From NCBI GenBank assembly GCA_003345555.1, contig PRDJ01000008.1, positions 1 to 7,401 on the forward strand: 7,401 nt of DNA, read 5' to 3'. Source of the DNA: Candidatus Thorarchaeota archaeon (GTDB lineage Archaea > Asgardarchaeota > Thorarchaeia > Thorarchaeales > Thorarchaeaceae). This document shows positions 5,506 through 7,401 of this stretch, in pieces. Both the position numbers and the translations under genes were made by a program. How positions within the stretch are numbered: the stretch's first letter is position 1; each line of letters opens with the position of its first letter. The notes beneath the pieces were generated by a model, which was given only the letters and a program-made list of their open reading frames with translations, was not told the origin of the DNA and made no database searches.

Positions 5506-7158
5506 CTAGCTCGCCTCCTCCCAAGGCTTGGGCTCGTAATGCGCGTCGGAGCGGTCTAGGTTTGCCACGCAGGCATAGATTCCCTGTACAACTTCCTCCT
5601 GACTGAGCTGCTCTCCTCTCATCGGCGGTCTCTTGCCCTTCCATCGCTCAGATAGGTAATCCAGTATTTCGAGCTGGAATTGCTCTCCGGAGAGTCCGAG
5701 TTCGTCTGCCAATATGCCCGCGGCCTTGAATGTGCATAGTGTGCCTTGACAGGGTCCCGTACCTAATCTGACACGCCGCCTGAGGTCGTTCAATGTCTGG
5801 GGGAATTCCTCACGTATTGCATACCTAATCTCCGCCTCGATTACTGGCTCGCAAGCGCATATAGTTGAAAGCCATTCTGGATGCTCGCGAGTGAGTTCAA
5901 GCACTTTGCCAAGCTCGGTTCCTCTTCTCGCCCTCAGTCTCTCAACTGCGTGCCGAGAGATATTGTACTGCGCAGCCAAGGCAAGTACATCAACACTTGC
6001 TTCATTGCCAGGCAAAGGCTCGATATGGGTTGTGCACTTAATGTCCTTGCCGAGCTTCTTGCACACCATGTCTGTGACACTCTCAGCCATGTGGCGGCAC
6101 ATGACAAGCTTCCCGCCGGTGAAGCTCAGTAGTCCATCAATGCCGTCCGGTGCGTGGTCCACCACCTGATAGCCCCGAGTGACCTTCCCTTCTGGTATCT
6201 TCCACTGCGCTACTAGAGGGCGTGCACCTTCCATGGTTCTGATTATCCGAGCTTGCCTTATCGATGGTACTACCCATTCGATGCTCTTTAGCAGGTACTC
6301 TATCTCATCGTACGACGCAACTAGAGTATCTGGGTCTTCCCAGCTATCTAGCGCAGTTGTGCCTAACAAAGCGGTGTTCTCGTGCGGAAAGAGGTATATC
6401 ATTCGCCCGTCAACAGCCTTCGCAATTATACCAACATTCACGACCCGTCTGTCCAATATCACGTGTGCGCCCTTGTTCAGACGGATTTCGAGACGAGCAT
6501 TCAGTAGACCTGCAATCTTGTCCGCCCAAGGACCCCCTGCGTTCACAACTACCTTTGCTGTGACCAACTCCTTCTGAGCGGTCAACCGGTTGAAGAAGGC
6601 GACTTCAATCATGTTGCCTGAAGTTTTCTTCATTTCGGTGACTTCACAGTAGGTGCGGATGTCTGCGCCTCGCCTACGCGCATCAAGAGCCTGCAGGATG
6701 CATAGACGGAATGGATCAATGAAGTACTCCTCGAAGTACATCGAAGCAATCAGCTCGGGGTTTATCTTCGGTTCAATCTTCAGTGAATCCTCCGGTGTGA
6801 GAAACAAAACAGGGGGGACATCGCGGCTAGCTGCACGCTTGGAATACTCTTCAGCAAAGTTCCCTCCGCTTGATAGGTCACTCATTTCCAGCATCGGAGT
6901 GAGAATGGGATTCTTCATTATGATGTTCTGGGCTATGCGTTTGAAATAGACTACTTCCTGAGAGCACATGTCGACAATGTCTGGTTCTTCCATGTACTTC
7001 AGACCAGACGATATCATGCCGGCACAGGTTCCCACTGTTGCAGATGCTATGTCGTCTCGTTCCAGCATTAGGGTCTTCAGGCCACGCATAGCGCAATCAC
7101 GGGCGACAGCAGTCCCGGTGCTGCCACCGCCAATGATAATCACATCATACTCATTCAT
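5506..7158 (-). CDS. glpA: Anaerobic glycerol-3-phosphate dehydrogenase subunit A-like FAD enzyme with C-terminal BFD-like [2Fe-2S] domain; divergent active-site motifs
   Basis: About 550 aa from ATG 7158 (MNEYDVIIIGGGSTG). Contains ERDDIA, VVNAGGPWA, KGAHV, GTT, GARPL, TRGY..DH, GGKL and C-terminal CACE..RRRVRLGTGPCQGTLC. The ORF track start (TTG 7191) adds 11 residues before the Rossmann motif and is less likely. Confidence 0.92.
   Translation of the reverse strand: MNEYDVIIIGGGSTGTAVARDCAMRGLKTLMLERDDIASATVGTCAGMISSGLKYMEEPDIVDMCSQEVVYFKRIAQNIIMKNPILTPMLEMSDLSSGGNFAEEYSKRAASRDVPPVLFLTPEDSLKIEPKINPELIASMYFEEYFIDPFRLCILQALDARRRGADIRTYCEVTEMKKTSGNMIEVAFFNRLTAQKELVTAKVVVNAGGPWADKIAGLLNARLEIRLNKGAHVILDRRVVNVGIIAKAVDGRMIYLFPHENTALLGTTALDSWEDPDTLVASYDEIEYLLKSIEWVVPSIRQARIIRTMEGARPLVAQWKIPEGKVTRGYQVVDHAPDGIDGLLSFTGGKLVMCRHMAESVTDMVCKKLGKDIKCTTHIEPLPGNEASVDVLALAAQYNISRHAVERLRARRGTELGKVLELTREHPEWLSTICACEPVIEAEIRYAIREEFPQTLNDLRRRVRLGTGPCQGTLCTFKAAGILADELGLSGEQFQLEILDYLSERWKGKRPPMRGEQLSQEEVVQGIYACVANLDRSDAHYEPKPWEEAS
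5514..5520 (-). promoter_or_regulatory. Shine-Dalgarno site for glpB (GAGGAGG)
   Basis: The minus strand reads GAGGAGG-cgagc-TAG-ATG, placing the motif 8 nt before the glpB ATG, inside the last codons of glpA. Confidence 0.75.
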
Positions 7159-7269
7159 CGATGGTCCGAGCTCCGGTACAGTTCCCGGCAAGGAAACCGC
7201 GTGTTCATGGGTTCAGCACTTCGACAGTAGTAGCTGATTCATGTCGCAAATAGAAGTGTTTCGGATTAT

Positions 7270-7346
7270 GGTATATTCAGACGTGGCACATTAAAACAAG
7301 ACAGACAAATCGTGGCAACCGCTCACGTCCACGATAGATTAAAAGG
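7270..7346. promoter_or_regulatory. Probable promoter/operator region: two ATTAAAA (TTTTAAT) boxes flanking a 7-bp inverted repeat
   Basis: No convincing ORF upstream of glpA. ATTAAAA occurs at 7290-7296 and 7338-7344. ATCGTGG (7309-7315) and CCACGAT (7329-7335) form a perfect inverted repeat with a 13-nt spacer. The functional assignment is inference. Confidence 0.4.
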
Positions 7347-7401
7347 TCTGCAACCGCCAAGTACGATTCGAGAGAGCTATTCTTGGCTTTTGAGGGTGAC
7401 T

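Noticed and set aside
7159-7191. 11-codon TTG-initiated N-terminal extension of GlpA in the ORF track
   Set aside because: GlpA homologues normally begin a few residues before the GxGxxG motif, which fits ATG 7158. The TTG has no clear RBS. It is not strictly excluded.
1-7401. Mobile elements, CRISPR arrays, tRNA/rRNA genes and intrinsic terminators
   Set aside because: I saw no transposase or integrase motifs, terminal repeats, spaced repeat arrays, RNA gene signatures or hairpin-plus-poly-T sites. Coding density is nearly complete.

Overview
Almost the whole window is one tightly packed minus-strand operon of at least six genes. In transcription order: glpA (7158->5506), glpB (5505->4132), a glpC-like 2x[4Fe-4S]/CCG protein (4135->2897), a flavoprotein with the sequence signatures of alkyl-dihydroxyacetonephosphate synthase (AGPS/ADPS; 2889->1462), a second 2x[4Fe-4S]/CCG protein (1465->341), and the first 100 codons of a probable radical SAM protein that runs off the left edge and is missing from the ORF track (301->1). 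The last ~240 bp are AT-richer and look non-coding, with TATA-like boxes, an inverted repeat and a possible RBS for a divergent gene. Three points go beyond an ordinary glpABC locus. GlpA has lost the family's conserved His (LHSGxRY -> ISSGLKY). An ether-lipid-synthase-like enzyme is translationally coupled to its own Fe-S partner. A putative radical SAM gene follows in the same unit. My leading hypothesis (inference only) is a pathway that processes glycerol-ether or other modified glycerol-phosphate substrates rather than free sn-glycerol-3-phosphate. The host cannot be identified from this window; an anaerobic archaeon is a low-confidence guess. All family comparisons are from memory and no searches were run.
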